The position numbers and the translations under genes are program-made. A DNA stretch of 64,000 nt from Marsupella aquatica. Taxonomy: Eukaryota > Plantae > Marchantiophyta. Position 1 is the stretch's first letter, and each line of letters begins with the position of its first letter. The notes beneath the pieces were generated by a model. The model had not been told where the DNA came from. It ran no database searches and worked only from the letters and a program-made list of their open reading frames with translations. Where the stretch lies: assembly GCA_973895155.1 (NCBI GenBank), contig OZ316895.1:8420184-8484183 (forward strand), read 5' to 3'. This document shows positions 1 to 12,973 of this stretch, in pieces.

Positions 1-1368
1 CGACCCCAATTTTTCTTCAACAAAACTTTTAAAATCTTCCGTGCAATTGAATTTGACAACCCGGGCTAACTTCTTCACGTGCGATGGGTTGGAAGAAAAG
101 AAGTGAGGACCCCGGGCATGGCGTACATCAATTATGAGGGGGGGAGTCATGGCAATCAAGCATATCCTTGCCTCACCCGCTGCCTCAGGCCCGACATGAG
201 GACGAAGTACCCCTGATGACCCCTTTTTGCATTCAAGGGTCCCCTTTTTGCATTGAATGGTTTGGGAAAAAGTGCAAAAGAATCCAACGGCTACTGCTCA
301 TTCTCGCTCATAATTGTTTTTGTAAGTGGACGACAGACAAAATGAGCGAGAACCAATCGCTATTAACTGTACCTTTGAGGTACAAAACTAAACTGAGCCA
401 GCTGGTTCTCTCATTGTAGTGTTGGTGCATTTACACCTCTCTCCTTTCCTTGCTCAATTGTAAACCCCTAGTGTATCTTTACTTTGTAGTTTTGTTCACC
501 ATTATCTTTGCAGACCCCCACGGGAAGTGGCTTCCAGATTCTTGGATGCCAAGTGAGATCAAAATTAGTATTTTTCTGTCATAAACACTAGTGTATATCT
601 TTGCGGCAATAAACAAACAAGACTACATGTGCTGGAGATGAGTCCAGCAAGAACGGCTAAATTCAGGAACAATGAAAAAATTGAAATTTTAAAAGTAAAA
701 CATCAAGTAAGAAACAGTAGGGGTAACAAAGTTGGATATTCAACAATGGTGCACAACAGTCAGAAGAAAAGATGCATGCTGCTGGATTTTTAATATAGGT
801 GCACCTTAAACCAATGGTAGTGTAAATTAGTCAATTATTCTTTTTGAGCTTTCATAATGTTGTATTGTGTTATTTGGTATGTAAGCAGACTCAATAGCAT
901 CAAAATAATTTTTAGCCCTCATTTCGTCAACTCAAGTCCATTTGTGCTGAGATTTTATGCTATTGCCTCACTTGGGGATCTTCTTACTAACAAACTTGAA
1001 GAAGATTAGAAGAAATTAAATTTATCACTTCTCAAACCCAATTACACAAACGAGAGGTGAAATTAAAGTAAAAAATGGATCAATTGCTCAGAGAGGCATG
1101 ACTTTGTGGTAGCTCACTTTAGTAGAGTGATAGGTCTTAGGCTCAACTATTGTGGCTTACTCTTCCCTTTTTGTGGGGTTTCACAAATTTCCCCTTTAAA
1201 AAATAAATAAAAATAAAATAAAAATAAAATGGATCAACAATCCATTCCAATTTGGTTGGCCTCTAGTAATTTGCTTCCAATTGTACATGAGCATTGTACA
1301 CAACTAATTTTAATTAGAGCATAATTTGCAAAGCAAGAAAGTGAGAAAAAAGTGAAACTGAAACCAGG

Positions 1369-1786
1369 ATGGACCACCATGTTGGACAAAGTGCTCCCAT
1401 GGACCACATTTTGGTGGTCCATAGAGATTTGGGGCCCATAACTTGATCATTATCAGTACTAAAATAATTTTTGGTTTTGACACTCCAAGGGAACCAGGGT
1501 AGAGAAGGAGGAGATATAAAAAACACAAACCCAAATATTTCATACTAATACAATTAAAATCAATGTAGTGGAATTTGTCCATCCACACTGTATGATGAAA
1601 AACTCAATCACAATAACCACAAATTTAACTATCTTTGATGGAAGTGTAGCTTAAGTACTTTCCTAGCATATCCCCAAATCTAAAATATTTGAATGTATGA
1701 ATAGCAAGTAGCAAGTTATTATAATAAAACTCAAGTGCTAGGAAATGTGGTCTATGGGAGTCTCAAAGACCAACCTTGTGGTCCAT
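1369..1786. mobile_element. MITE-like element with ~43-bp diverged inverted ends, upstream of LCYB
   Basis: atggaccaccatgttggacaaagtgctcccatggaccacattt (1369-1411) is the imperfect reverse complement of aaatgtggtctatgggagtctcaaagaccaaccttgtggtccat (1743-1786). The interior is AT-rich and no TSD was identified. Confidence 0.5.
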
Positions 1787-2582
1787 GGGGGCTTCAAACT
1801 CGGAAAAAGCTGTCCGGTGGAAATAGGACAGAGATACGCTCATAATCTGTGCCCGATGAAATCTGTGGTTTCTTGGGGCTATGGGCTGAATGGTCCCCAC
1901 AGCCATGACTTATCCGACAGGTCGAGAGCGCTCGTTCGATTAGTCTATTCGTTTGCAACCACAATTGTAGGTTGAAGAATTTGTCGGAGCTCCGTGAAGC
2001 AATTTTGCAACCACAATGGTAGGTTAAAGCATTTGTTGGAGCTCCGCGAAGCAATTTGAGCTCTGGTGAGTAACACTCTGTCTCCTTTGAGTAGGTCGAA
2101 GAATTTTCTCAAGCTCCCTCAAAGAAATCTCAGCTCGATCGACCTACTCACACTCTGTCTCGGTTGCGGTGGCTGCTGTTAGGTTTATAAGCATGTTGTT
2201 GTCGAAACTCGGGACAGACATCTTTGCTTCACAAACATTCCGTCTGTGCACGGACGGGCTTTTTCGAGCATTCAGTGATCTTTGAATTCGGTGTCTTTAA
2301 AATTATTTGACGTCCTGAAATTTCTGCGAAAGATGGCTACTGCAGTTCACTTGAATGTTCCTGCGACAATCGGGGCTCCTGATTTTTGTGGTCTAACAAG
2401 CTACTGACGAAAATTAAGAATCGGGCCCGGTTTCTTCTCCTGTCCCGTGTGCAATTTCTCCCTTCGGACGGACGGACACCACTTTTGTGGGGGGAGCCCT
2501 CTCGTCGCTCGGGAATCGATACAGGTATTGTTGTCCGGGTTAAGAGAGGAATTGAATTCGGTGGGGAGAGTCGTGGGTAGGC

Positions 2583-5500
2583 ATGGATTCTTCAACTTCA
2601 TTCTTGGCTATGTCCAGCAGTGCAGCAGCAGCAGCAGCCGAAGGCCTCAGGATTCACGACCGATATCTGCCAACTTCATTGTCATATATGGCTAATTCTC
2701 CCATTTCGTGGACCCAGCAAACGAGCGTTGGGGGGACTCTTTCCATTTCTGGATCATGCACAAAATTGTCTGTGACCAGATGTGGTGGCGAATTGTTTGC
2801 TCGAGGACTCTGCGGTTCCAGCAAAATTTTCCCTCAGAAGACCTCGGGCTCACCGCCAAAGAGGAGCATGTCTCTGCGAGCTGCAAGTACGCTGCTGGAG
2901 ATGGCTCCCAAGGTTAACCCCCAGAAAAATCTTAGCTATGATCTCCCAATATTCGACTCCCGGAAGAACGCTCCTGTTGACCTTGTGGTGGTGGGAGCGG
3001 GCCCGGCAGGTCTGGCTGTAGCTCAGAGAGTATCTGCTGAGGGTCTCAAGGTCCTGTGCATTGATCCTGAGCCGAGTAGCGTGTGGCCTAATAATTATGG
3101 CGTCTGGGTCGATGAGTTTGAGGCTATGGACTTGCTGGATTGCCTGGATTACACATGGGGCAGCGCAGTGGTCTACCTGGATGACAAAGCGAAAAAGACT
3201 CTTGAGCGGCCTTATGGTCGAGTGAATCGCATCCGCTTGAAATCGAAGATGATTGAACAGTGCATTACAAATGGCGTGCAATTTTACCAATCCAAGGTAC
3301 CCTTTTTTCTGCTCAGCTTACGACCTTCGAGCAAATGTTTCTGCGAAAATTTAACATTCAACTGCTAATTCCTTCCCTCGATCTCCCAGCTGAATTTTGC
3401 TCAGCTACCTTTGTAGAATCCTGATGCGTCTATACCAAATAGCGCATTCCAAAAACAAAAAAATAATCAAAGCAAAACACTTTGGCTGGATTCCCTTGGG
3501 AGATCGATGCATTCTCTCTTGTCCTCATGAAAATGCCCAAGTTTTTTAGGAGTTTCAGGCAGGAGTCATGTTTGTACAGGTAAAGCATGTCACACACAGT
3601 AAGGAGCGATCATTTGTACAATGTTATGATGGAACCATGGTCGAGACGGCCGTTGTGCTGGATGCCACAGGCCACTCCAGGCGGCTGGTGCAGTATGACA
3701 AGCCTTTCAATCCCGGTTATCAAATTGCGTATGGTATTATTGCTGAGGTGAGCCCAAATGTTCTCTGCAGATGTCAACTGCTAAATCAGCACACGAATAG
3801 CAATCGAAATTTGTTGCAGACAATCATCAGTTGTACATCGTGCTCTAGAGCTGTGCTTCACGGCCAGTGATCTATTTCTGCAAAGGGGTGTTGGAGGTCA
3901 TAAAGAAACAGTTTACTGACGACGTTTTTATGTTATTTTAAAAATCTAATTCAGGTGGATGAGCATCCTTTCGATGTGGATAAGATGCTATTCATGGACT
4001 GGAGGGACTCGCATTTGACTAACACTGATCTTGAAGAGGGCAACCGGAAACTGCCCACATTCTTATATGCAATGCCGTTTTCTTCTACCCGAATCTTCTT
4101 GGGTACAGATATCACTTTCTTCAGATGTTGGGTGTCGCAAGTCCATCGTGAAATATTTAATTTTCTCTAGTTGGCATTGGAGAAGTGGCGTGATATATCT
4201 CCATGTACCGAATATACAGGGTATAAGCTTTTGTAGATGAGGACTTTCAACACGTTGTCATCATTCTATTCAGTTGTCCGTTTTCTGTGGTAAATTTTCA
4301 AAACGCAAGTACAGAATTGGTTTCGTAGGTCTATTAATACTGGTATTGTTGAGCATTTCAGAAGAAACCTCACTGGTTGCCAGACCTGGAGTCCCTCTGG
4401 ACGTAATTCAGAAACGAATGGAGCTGCGCTTGAAACATTTGGGAATCAACGTGAAGAGCATCGAAGAAGATGAGTAGGTGCTCAAATTCCTGCCCTATCT
4501 GGGGATAACCCCCAAAGGCCGTCCACTTTCTATTAGTTTGGTTCCCTTAAAATTTCCTTGAGTTTAACTTCCTCTTCAGCTCTTAGAATCAATCATGGTT
4601 TTTACTAAGCTCATTAGACTGGTGAACAAGACGCGCTTTTGACGACGATGTAAGAAAAATAGCGTGTTTTTGTTCTTCTGTGTTAGTGTACTAGTAGAAG
4701 AGCAATTTTTTCGGGTAGTAGGGTTGGTCTCAAAACCATTCAAATAATTCATTTATCGAAAACTTACAGAAGCTTGCCGAACAAAAGCTAAAAGCAAAAG
4801 AACAAAGGTATTATTGGTCTAAATCTCCGGAAGGCGTTAGATATGCAGAAAAAAAGTGGCAGAAACTAAGAACCTAGATTTGCCGCATGGAAAACTTATA
4901 GATGGTTAAGACCGCTATCAGGAAACTTGTGAAGGTAGGAAGTCATGTGTAGAGCAAGTTGAAACAGCTGTATCAACTGGTTGTGGAACTAGGGCTATCT
5001 CCACCTTGAGTGCGATGTCGTCTTAACAGAACAGATTTATCTCACGAAAAATTTATTATGCCAGCAGAATTTAAATCAGGGAAATATTAATGTTAGTTTG
5101 TTGGACTAACAATTCGTCGATGGTGGATAATACTCGCCAATTTCATTTCTTAGCAATGCCTATCAATCTTCCTATTTCGAGTTTATAATTAGTCCCTTTG
5201 CTCGCAGGGTATGTGTGATTCCAATGGGTGGAGTGCTACCAGTTATCCCGCAGAGGGTGCTTGGTATCGGGGGGACAGCAGGCATGGTTCATCCTTCGAC
5301 TGGTGAGTTCAGGCTTGAGGCGTACCTGTGGTATGAAACACCACGTTTGATTCCATTGAAGGGACTAGTGTAATGGTTGTGCTTCTTGAATACCGTCATT
5401 TTAGGGTAATCTACCTTGTTCCTCTCTTCCTCTAATCTAGTTGGGCAGGTGAAGTGAGCCTGGTTGTGTCATGGTTGATCATGTCTTAGGATACATGGTG

Positions 5501-6451
5501 GCCAGAACATTGGCAGCTGCACCGGTATTGGCCGATGCTCTTGTGAAGAGACTAGGTGGCTCAAGAAGTCCCCAAGTCTCTCCAAGTCCAAGTGGTGCAA
5601 AGGATTCAAATGAAGGATTCGCACCACCTTCCACTGTTCAGCGCGACAGTCCATCAGGAGATGAGATCAGTGCAGGAGTCTGGGCTGATCTGTGGCCAAG
5701 GGAGAGGATACTGCAAAGGGAGTTCTTCTGTTTTGGAATGGATGTTCTTCTAAAGGTGAGACACAAAAAGTGACTTGCAAAGATTTGCGGCAAGCAAAAT
5801 CGATTTCTCTGTGTCTTTCTTTGAGGCACGTTAATTGATTGATCACTTCCAGAGGGATGCTTTGCTTTCATCAAAACGAATGAAGAGAGTGGATTCGTGA
5901 TGCAATTGCCTCTAATTCCAGACGACAGATAATTAAGACCCTGTAGTGCCCCCTTAATCTAGCTTTAAGTTAGAGACGATTTGCTGGCTCTCCAGGAAGA
6001 GTCTCTTGGATACTTGATGTAAGTTTTGGAGTATGTTCTGAAATCATTTGGGCCCTATGCTTGGCAGCTTGATTTGATTGGCACGAGGCGGTTCTTTGAC
6101 TCCTTTTTTAGCCTGGCACCACATCATTGGCAAGGTTTTCTGTCCTCTCGGTTGTATTTTGTAGAGGTAACCTTTCTCACTCAGTGAAGAGCATCATTGC
6201 CTGTAATCATTTGTGGATCATCAGTTCATGGACATATGGCAACCTGCAATACTCTCTTTGTTCCGCTCTTTGCTATTAACTACAGTAGGGACAATACAGC
6301 TAATGACACCCTTTATTTCGGGTTGCAGCTTTTGGGCTTTGGTCTTTCACTGTTTTCAAAGGCGACCAATATTTCACGAGCAGAGATCATTTTCAAAGGA
6401 ACTGGGCCACTTTTGGTTATGATGAAGAACCTTGCGTTCATGAAGCGCTGA
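2583..6451 (+). CDS. LCYB: Lycopene beta-cyclase, chloroplastic; 8 exons: 2583-3296, 3580-3747, 3955-4102, 4362-4473, 5208-5302, 5490-5755, 6068-6166, 6329-6451 (574 aa)
   Basis: Spliced frame with GT-AG boundaries and consistent phases (1725 nt). FAD-binding DLVVVGAGPAGLAVA, WPNNYGVWVDEFEAMDLLDCLD, FLYAMPFSSTRIFLEETSLVARPG, CVIPMGG, GGTAGMVHPSTGYMVARTL and QREFFCFGMDVLLK are beta-type plant cyclase motifs. Ser/Ala-rich transit peptide at the N-terminus. Confidence 0.96.
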
Positions 6452-9426
6452 AAATCCACTGCAGCTGTGTGTATTTATGCTAGGAATCTCTCATCTTGGT
6501 TGGCATGCACATGGTGATGATCTGTGGACACAATCCTTTGCAAAACTTGTGTCTGTATCATTTTTTTGTAATTATGTCGTAAAAGGTACGTTATCCAAAG
6601 CCAGAAATGAGATGGTCGCCAAACGTTCAAATTTATTCCAGCTGAAGTCAGAGGGTTACTACTTAATTGTCTCTTAGCTAAACTCGACAGATTGGCCCAA
6701 GTCAGATAGATTTCGTTTTCCCAGAGAGTAAGGGCAGCAATGTCTGTACCATTGAGATTGTATTGATAGGTCAATTCAATGACCTTGCACTAGAAAAAAA
6801 TGAACTTATTCGACATCGCCGTCGAATATGCGTGTCGAATAACCCAGGATTTTTAGTAGTGCAGCCAGCCAAAGCCTTAGTGAAAAGTTCAAGTAGGCAG
6901 GTAGATATTCTGTGTGTGCCAACAAATGCTGCAGATTTGCATCCAGAGGTTTTAGTTCGATTCCCTCAGAAACGTCGTTCCTTAGAAACTTCAAGTGACA
7001 GCCTTCAGTGTTGGAAGTCATCACGTGAATTTATTTCCCATTAGACCAGTAGGGGAAGCGTTAAGGGACCGGAGATAATGTGGAGCTCATGGAACCCTTC
7101 ATAAATTGAGAAAGTTTCAGGTGAGACGCAACAAGCATCGTTATCTGCAATACATTTTGTCTTAAGCATTTACAGCAACTAAAGTTTATTGGATGCGGTG
7201 TATGAATGTAGATTGATATTGTTAGATAAGTTAGTAGGACTAACATATCTGATAGCTTGTGTAATGCCCGTACGCCCTCTGGCCACGTTTTCGTGATGCA
7301 GTGAATGTAAGGGAAGGTGGCATCCTTGATTCGAATCCACTTATATCTCCTGTTCTTAGAGTTGTCGTATACAGGGCCGATGGTTAGTTCCAAATAGAGG
7401 ATAGAGCTTACCTTTCTGTAGTCTATTGAAACAAATATTGATGAGATCTAACCGTGGATGCGGACAAGTCAGGTTGGGTTTACATATAACCGTGTATTGT
7501 ATTTGATCAGTTTCAATGCGCCCTCTTCACCTTCCTTTTCCTACGATAAACAACTGTAGCAAGTTGTCTGGAACGAAGAATTTTGACCCTGGGAAGGAAA
7601 GTGGTTGTTTAACTGATGGTATTCAGAATCCAGTTAGGAATTTATATCACTTTTGTGAACTTCTATTTTAAGGCTGGGTGCCCCATGGCAGAAATTGTAT
7701 CCATTCCTCCTCAGTAATGAAGTTTGCAATGGTTATTGACATGAATGGACTGCCTAGTTACTTGTTGACAAATGGAATACCTGTAGCGGGTATCTTCTCG
7801 CAAATTGAAGCAACCCCACTCCAGGTCGTGGCTTTCTGGTTGAGACCTGTCAGGTGTGTGGTTCTGATCTGGGCAATCACATGGATCTTTTCTCAAGCGA
7901 GTCACCTTGTGCAGACAGTAGTGTGGAGAGTCAAATCTTACAGTCAGTATCACTCAGTATTCAAGTTGTGCACCTCCTCATTCCATAGGATTGATTGTCT
8001 TGAATATGTGGAGGCCCTGACTACAAAGCATCGAAGCAAATCGGAGAGCCCTCAACACATAAGCTCTTATAGTTGAGAGTGGTGGTTTCAGTATGTGGTG
8101 GAAACTTACTTTGGATACTTCATCTATGATGGATGTGGTGGTGGTATAAGTACTTGGTAGAAACCTTAGGGAGTATCAGGAGTAACTCCAAATGAATTTA
8201 GTAGATTCCTTGGCAACTTCCCATAAAACTTTAACACAATCTTGGTAAGCATGGATTTTCCAATCCAGCTAAAATGCCTTATTGGCTAGGGTCTTGTGCA
8301 CATCCTAGAGAAATCGGTAATCTCAGCCCTCTTTTCACCTGTCGTATCAGAAACCTGGGTGGACGGATAGTCTTTACAACAAACTATACCAAGCATAGGA
8401 TTTACTATAACTAGAGTGTGTTCAACTCTAGTTGGGTCACACTAATTTGAGGCAATGAGCCAAACTATCAAGGCTAGAGTGGGTCCCAGTGGAACCAGTG
8501 TGGGTCACATGGAGTTTAATATTTGGCTAGAAGCAGTTATAGCCGTCTCCTCCATAGTTTCTATTATATTGGGTTGATTGAGGGGTTGATTGAATAGTGG
8601 GGATGCTTGCAGGAAGGGCAACCAATTCTGAAAATTGCCACCAATGTTGTGGTAGCTTAGAAATAGGTTCCATACACCATGGGCAAGGAGTATGCACACT
8701 CCCTCTCACCTTCCCTGGTGCCTAGATAATTTCTTTAACCAAGTACGCACACTACCAGAATTGTGTTAATTGCTACATTTTAGGACCAATCTGAATTTCG
8801 TGTACAGGAAGCAATGCGAAAACATACTCCTTCCTCCTGTGGCACAGCAAATTCCTGTTGGCCCATTGCCCCAAGGAGAGTAAGGGAAAAGCACAAAATT
8901 TTCAGAACAGACCTATGATTAGCCTCTAAGCGAATACATAATTTTACTGTTTTCAGTATCATTTTTTTCCAATAGAACAGACCCCCTCCTCCCTCAATAT
9001 GTATACCCCTTAATAGCGCCTGGACACTTGTCACTGACACCATGCCACTGACACCATGCCACTTGCCCTACCTGTTTGCCCAGTTTGTACCCCTGCCCTC
9101 TCTTGCATGGAACCTTGCCCATAACCAAAGCTAAGATAAACATCAAGGGTTAGAATCAATGTTACCTTAAACCATGTTACCAAAAGCATGGAAGACTATT
9201 CAGGATTCAGGATGAACATAATTATTGGCTTCGTCCATATACAATGATGAATGTGTCAAAGTGACCATAAAGACCCTGAAAGTAGACAGACGAAAGCAGG
9301 CCATTTTTTTATAACATGTTTCAAAAGTAGGCATAGAGGCCTGCATGCAAGTCATTAGTATAGAAGCAATCAACAAAGAACCTGCCAGACATACAATGAA
9401 CCTCTGGTGCCTACTTCTAGGTAGTG

Positions 9427-9597
9427 CTTGGAATTGGATCACGATCTTGATGGTTGATTTACCTTGGTGATGATGATGCTAGCAATCATATTCAAGGCAA
9501 ATGTGCAGATGTTTAGTACTTGGAATTGAATCACGATCTTGTTGGTGATCTACCTTAGTGATGACGATGCTAGCAATCATACCCAAGGCAAATGTGA
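9427..9597. repeat. ~92-bp period tandem duplication
   Basis: cttggaattg.atcacgatcttg.tgg...gatgctagcaatcata..caaggcaaatgtg occurs twice. Confidence 0.9.
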
Positions 9598-11320
9598 TGA
9601 TATTTACATCATCATGGTTGATAGAAAGGAAAGACATCAGAGACTTGCACCTTTTATGAGATTTTTAAGCTCCCTATGATATAAACTTCAATGAGGTAAA
9701 GTTAAGGGTGGGAAAGACAAAAAATGTCTTACAATGGCCAACGAAGATGCAATCACTTCGCTAGCTTTCTTAACCGGTACTAATGATTAACCGGTTTCAA
9801 ATGATTAGTTTGGTAGGATGACTGATACCGAATTCAATCCCAAAGCTTGGATTATGCTTGATGGGTTTTAAAACGACAGAAGGTCTGGAAGAAATGTTGT
9901 AAGCCTCCTCATAGGTCACTGGCTCAATAAACTTCATCTAGTATATAATTAGATCCATCACATTGGGCTCCTGTCATTGGTCAAGAGAATTATAAAATGC
10001 AGCACTTATGACTGCTGCCTCACATTTGTGTATCCCTTTAAGGCCCCATTGAATGTCTGACTTTGTAGGTGTATTTTAGGATCCTATTGATGCAAGGCTT
10101 TAAATATAGCTTTCTTATCACAGGCCAGCAACTGAACTCCAATATTAGATCTTGATTGAGAAAAGGATCCAAAAAACGGATGTCAGAAAATCTAAGAAGC
10201 CAAAAGTACCAATCATGAAAACATTGATTCAAACTTATGACCATTTATAACTCTAACCCCCTTAGTAATCCAAAACTAGGCTAGGTTTGCCAGAATGCCA
10301 ATGTAGGTGCTCAGATACTAAAATCAATTTGACTTAGAATTTTTTTTTTCTTGCTTCTGTTCTGTACATCAACCAACTCTATTCTACTCAGAGGGCGAGG
10401 TCCACATATTCTTGAGTCCTTAGAGTCATCTAATTATATGATCTTATCAAAAGCTACTCTTGAGGGCCTATTGTTTATAGTGAACATTATAGAGGTGATT
10501 GCGCATATTAATTGAAACTTGGGTGAAAGTGGAATAGAAGGGTTAGGGGTAGGGTGAGTCTCTGCCGCCAGAAAACAAGTGCAGCATAGGGCAATGGGCT
10601 TTGATTGTACTCAGGGGCATTCTGGCTAATCTCCATATATTATTATAGTCATCGTCATGTATAATGTATAGATAATTCTTTATTAGACTAGACTACTAGT
10701 AGATCAGGAGAGATAATTCTCTATTAGACTACTAGTAGATCAGGATAATTATGCCTCAGGACTTCGAAAGTTAGGTAGAGCATGAGTTGGAAATATACCC
10801 TGCAAGTGGACGCATATCCATTCGTGCGCTTAAACTTCAGTTGCCATCTTAAAGAAATGAATCTAGGTGGAAAAGTACTGGACGGGACCAGGGGAAAATA
10901 ATTTTATATGGAAAGTACAAGATATTGAATGTATGGCAATGGGCAGAGAGACTTCAATGTACAGCAAATACAGGTGACTATATACGTTAGTTATTAAGAT
11001 ATTTTGAAGATCATAACGAAAAGAGTCAGTGCCTCCATCAGCAGAAGAACGAAAAGAACTCTAATTGTAAAAGTTGGTCTTGATGCTCGAATAATCGATC
11101 ATCAGCAGTTGTGAAAATAAACTTAGCCCTGCTGGCAAACCTTTTTTGGTCGTACAGATTAGACAGACACCACTCGTGAAAGTTTTAGCTTGCGTTTGAA
11201 AGTGAAGTTCTAAATATGCTCTTGCGGTCCTGCAGATCGACAGCCTGATAAAGAAAACTTGCGCTCCGAATAATGACGTTTGCCCTTCCTCAACAGCCAC
11301 TCGTTCACTGTAAGTTATGT

Positions 11321-12706
11321 TCACTCGCTCAACTGCCAGCCACTGTGGAAAGCTGAATTAAATGATTGAATTGGCAAATCCTGCTCTAATCACTGTACAG
11401 TTTTTCTCTGAGTTGCTCTTAATATGTTTGATTAAGTTTCTGAACTAGTGTACAGCTACTGTAGTACTCTTACAGCTCGTGGAGTTTAGACTGGGTTCCA
11501 ACCCAAGTTGAATTGGTACTTAGTCCATGGACTGACAGAAATGGGTCTTGACTGACTCTTGAAATTAGTACCGGAATTTCGACTGTATTCCAGCTTACTT
11601 TGGAATTGGCAAAACTTAGTCCATGGACTGACAGAAATTGGTCTGGAGTCTTTAAATCAGTACTCTGCATATATGGTCTTGGGACCTCCCAAATAAGTCT
11701 GGACCCTATAAATCAGTACTCTATATATATGGTCTGTGGACCTCCCAAATAAGTCTGGACTATATATAGTGCATATCTTGTGTTTTGGACAGGTCTCTTA
11801 AATGCTTACCTGAAACTGAAATAGCCTAGACTGTCTAAAGTAGCCTAAATGGGTTTAGACGGTCTACTGAATACAAATGGACTGTAGGACCTGGAGACGA
11901 CATGCGGGAATTGATTTAGTTGGCAGGGGTCTTTCCTTTTTTGGTCAACACTCGATCCGGGACCATAGGTGTTTAGTAGGCCTCCGAAGGAACTGGACGA
12001 TGTTTTTTTTACGCCCTCTCTCTCTCGATCAATGATAAGAAGGATTTGCTTACTGTATAATGGAAGCCCAAGGACGTCATGTTTAGGAGGAGGAGATCTA
12101 ACTTGAAAACTTGTCGACGCTATCGATCTATCGCAGCGACCGCAGTGGGGCCCCGAGTATACTGTTCAAGGGTATGCCACTCGACCGGATCACCACTGGA
12201 CGTCTAGCTACCGCGTACAGCAAACAATAAAGGATTGGCGATCATAGGTCTTTCCAACGAGCAACTGTCTGGGTGCAATCGAGAGAGCCAACGGCTGAGG
12301 GAGGTGCCAAGATGAGCGAGAATCGTACAATACGGCAGGCAGGCAGGAGGGAGGCACGCAGGCAGGCGAGGGCCTACTAAGTTTCGTGAGATTCCCTTGT
12401 GAATTTCCATTTTGAGGAGGACGTGGTCCACTTTGGGAATCCTTAGCTAGCTAGATGGCGGAAGTGTGGTCAGGTGGGGTCAGATGAGATGAAAGACATG
12501 AGAGCAACTGTCCAGCGAGAAGAAGACGCCGCTGCTTGGCCTTGGAGGTGGCTAGCCGTGACGCCAATTGCAACTTACATTATCATGGGATCATCAGAAG
12601 ATTGCGGTTTTGGGGACCGTTTCCTCGCTGCCTGCCTGTCCGAGCAATCACTCTCCTGAAGGTTTCCAGAGTGAGTGCTCTCGTCTTCGGGCGTATTTAG
12701 AGCCAT
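11321..12706 (-). CDS. Candidate small ORF gene (exon 12706-12579, possible second exon 11342-11321; 43-49 aa)
   Basis: A (CT)n leader on the minus strand (12764-12833) precedes tccATGG. The ORF MALNTPEDESTHSGNLQESDCSDRQAARKRSPKPQSSDDPMI ends at a consensus AT|GTAAGT donor. Confidence 0.3.
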
Positions 12707-12760
12707 GGATTTTGCTTAGGTCCTGCGTCACATTCTCCCAGACTGTACTCGACGACACGC

Positions 12761-12763
<3 letters not shown>

Positions 12764-12800
<37 letters not shown>

Positions 12801-12833
12801 GGGGAGAGAGAGAGAGGAGAGAGAGGAGAGAGA
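12764..12833. repeat. (GA)n microsatellite
   Basis: Directly visible GA run, interrupted by cgcgggg. Confidence 0.97.
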
Positions 12834-12973
12834 CGATCGAAGGTCGGCTTGTCTGTAATGATGCATGTTACTGCTGCTGCTAAAGGATGTTCTTAACTTG
12901 GAAGTTTCCAGCTTAGGTAATGGGCGTCATCCATAGCCACATTTGCGGACAGCACTCTTAACGGCGACTGCAA

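Noticed and set aside
7600-8500. Possible gypsy integrase/pol remnants on the minus strand (TIANFI...FCHGAP)
   Set aside because: The fragments need several frameshifts and no LTR or catalytic motif is confidently visible.
9890-9940. Minus-strand peptide IEPVTYEEA, like the copia pre-RT motif
   Set aside because: Only 9 residues match, with no downstream RT motifs. It may be a relic but cannot be supported as a feature.
12642-12692. Hairpin with gtgctctc...tcttc resembling a miR156/529/535 sequence
   Set aside because: The stem is only ~13 bp and the match to those miRNA families is partial and gapped, which is too weak for a MIRNA call.
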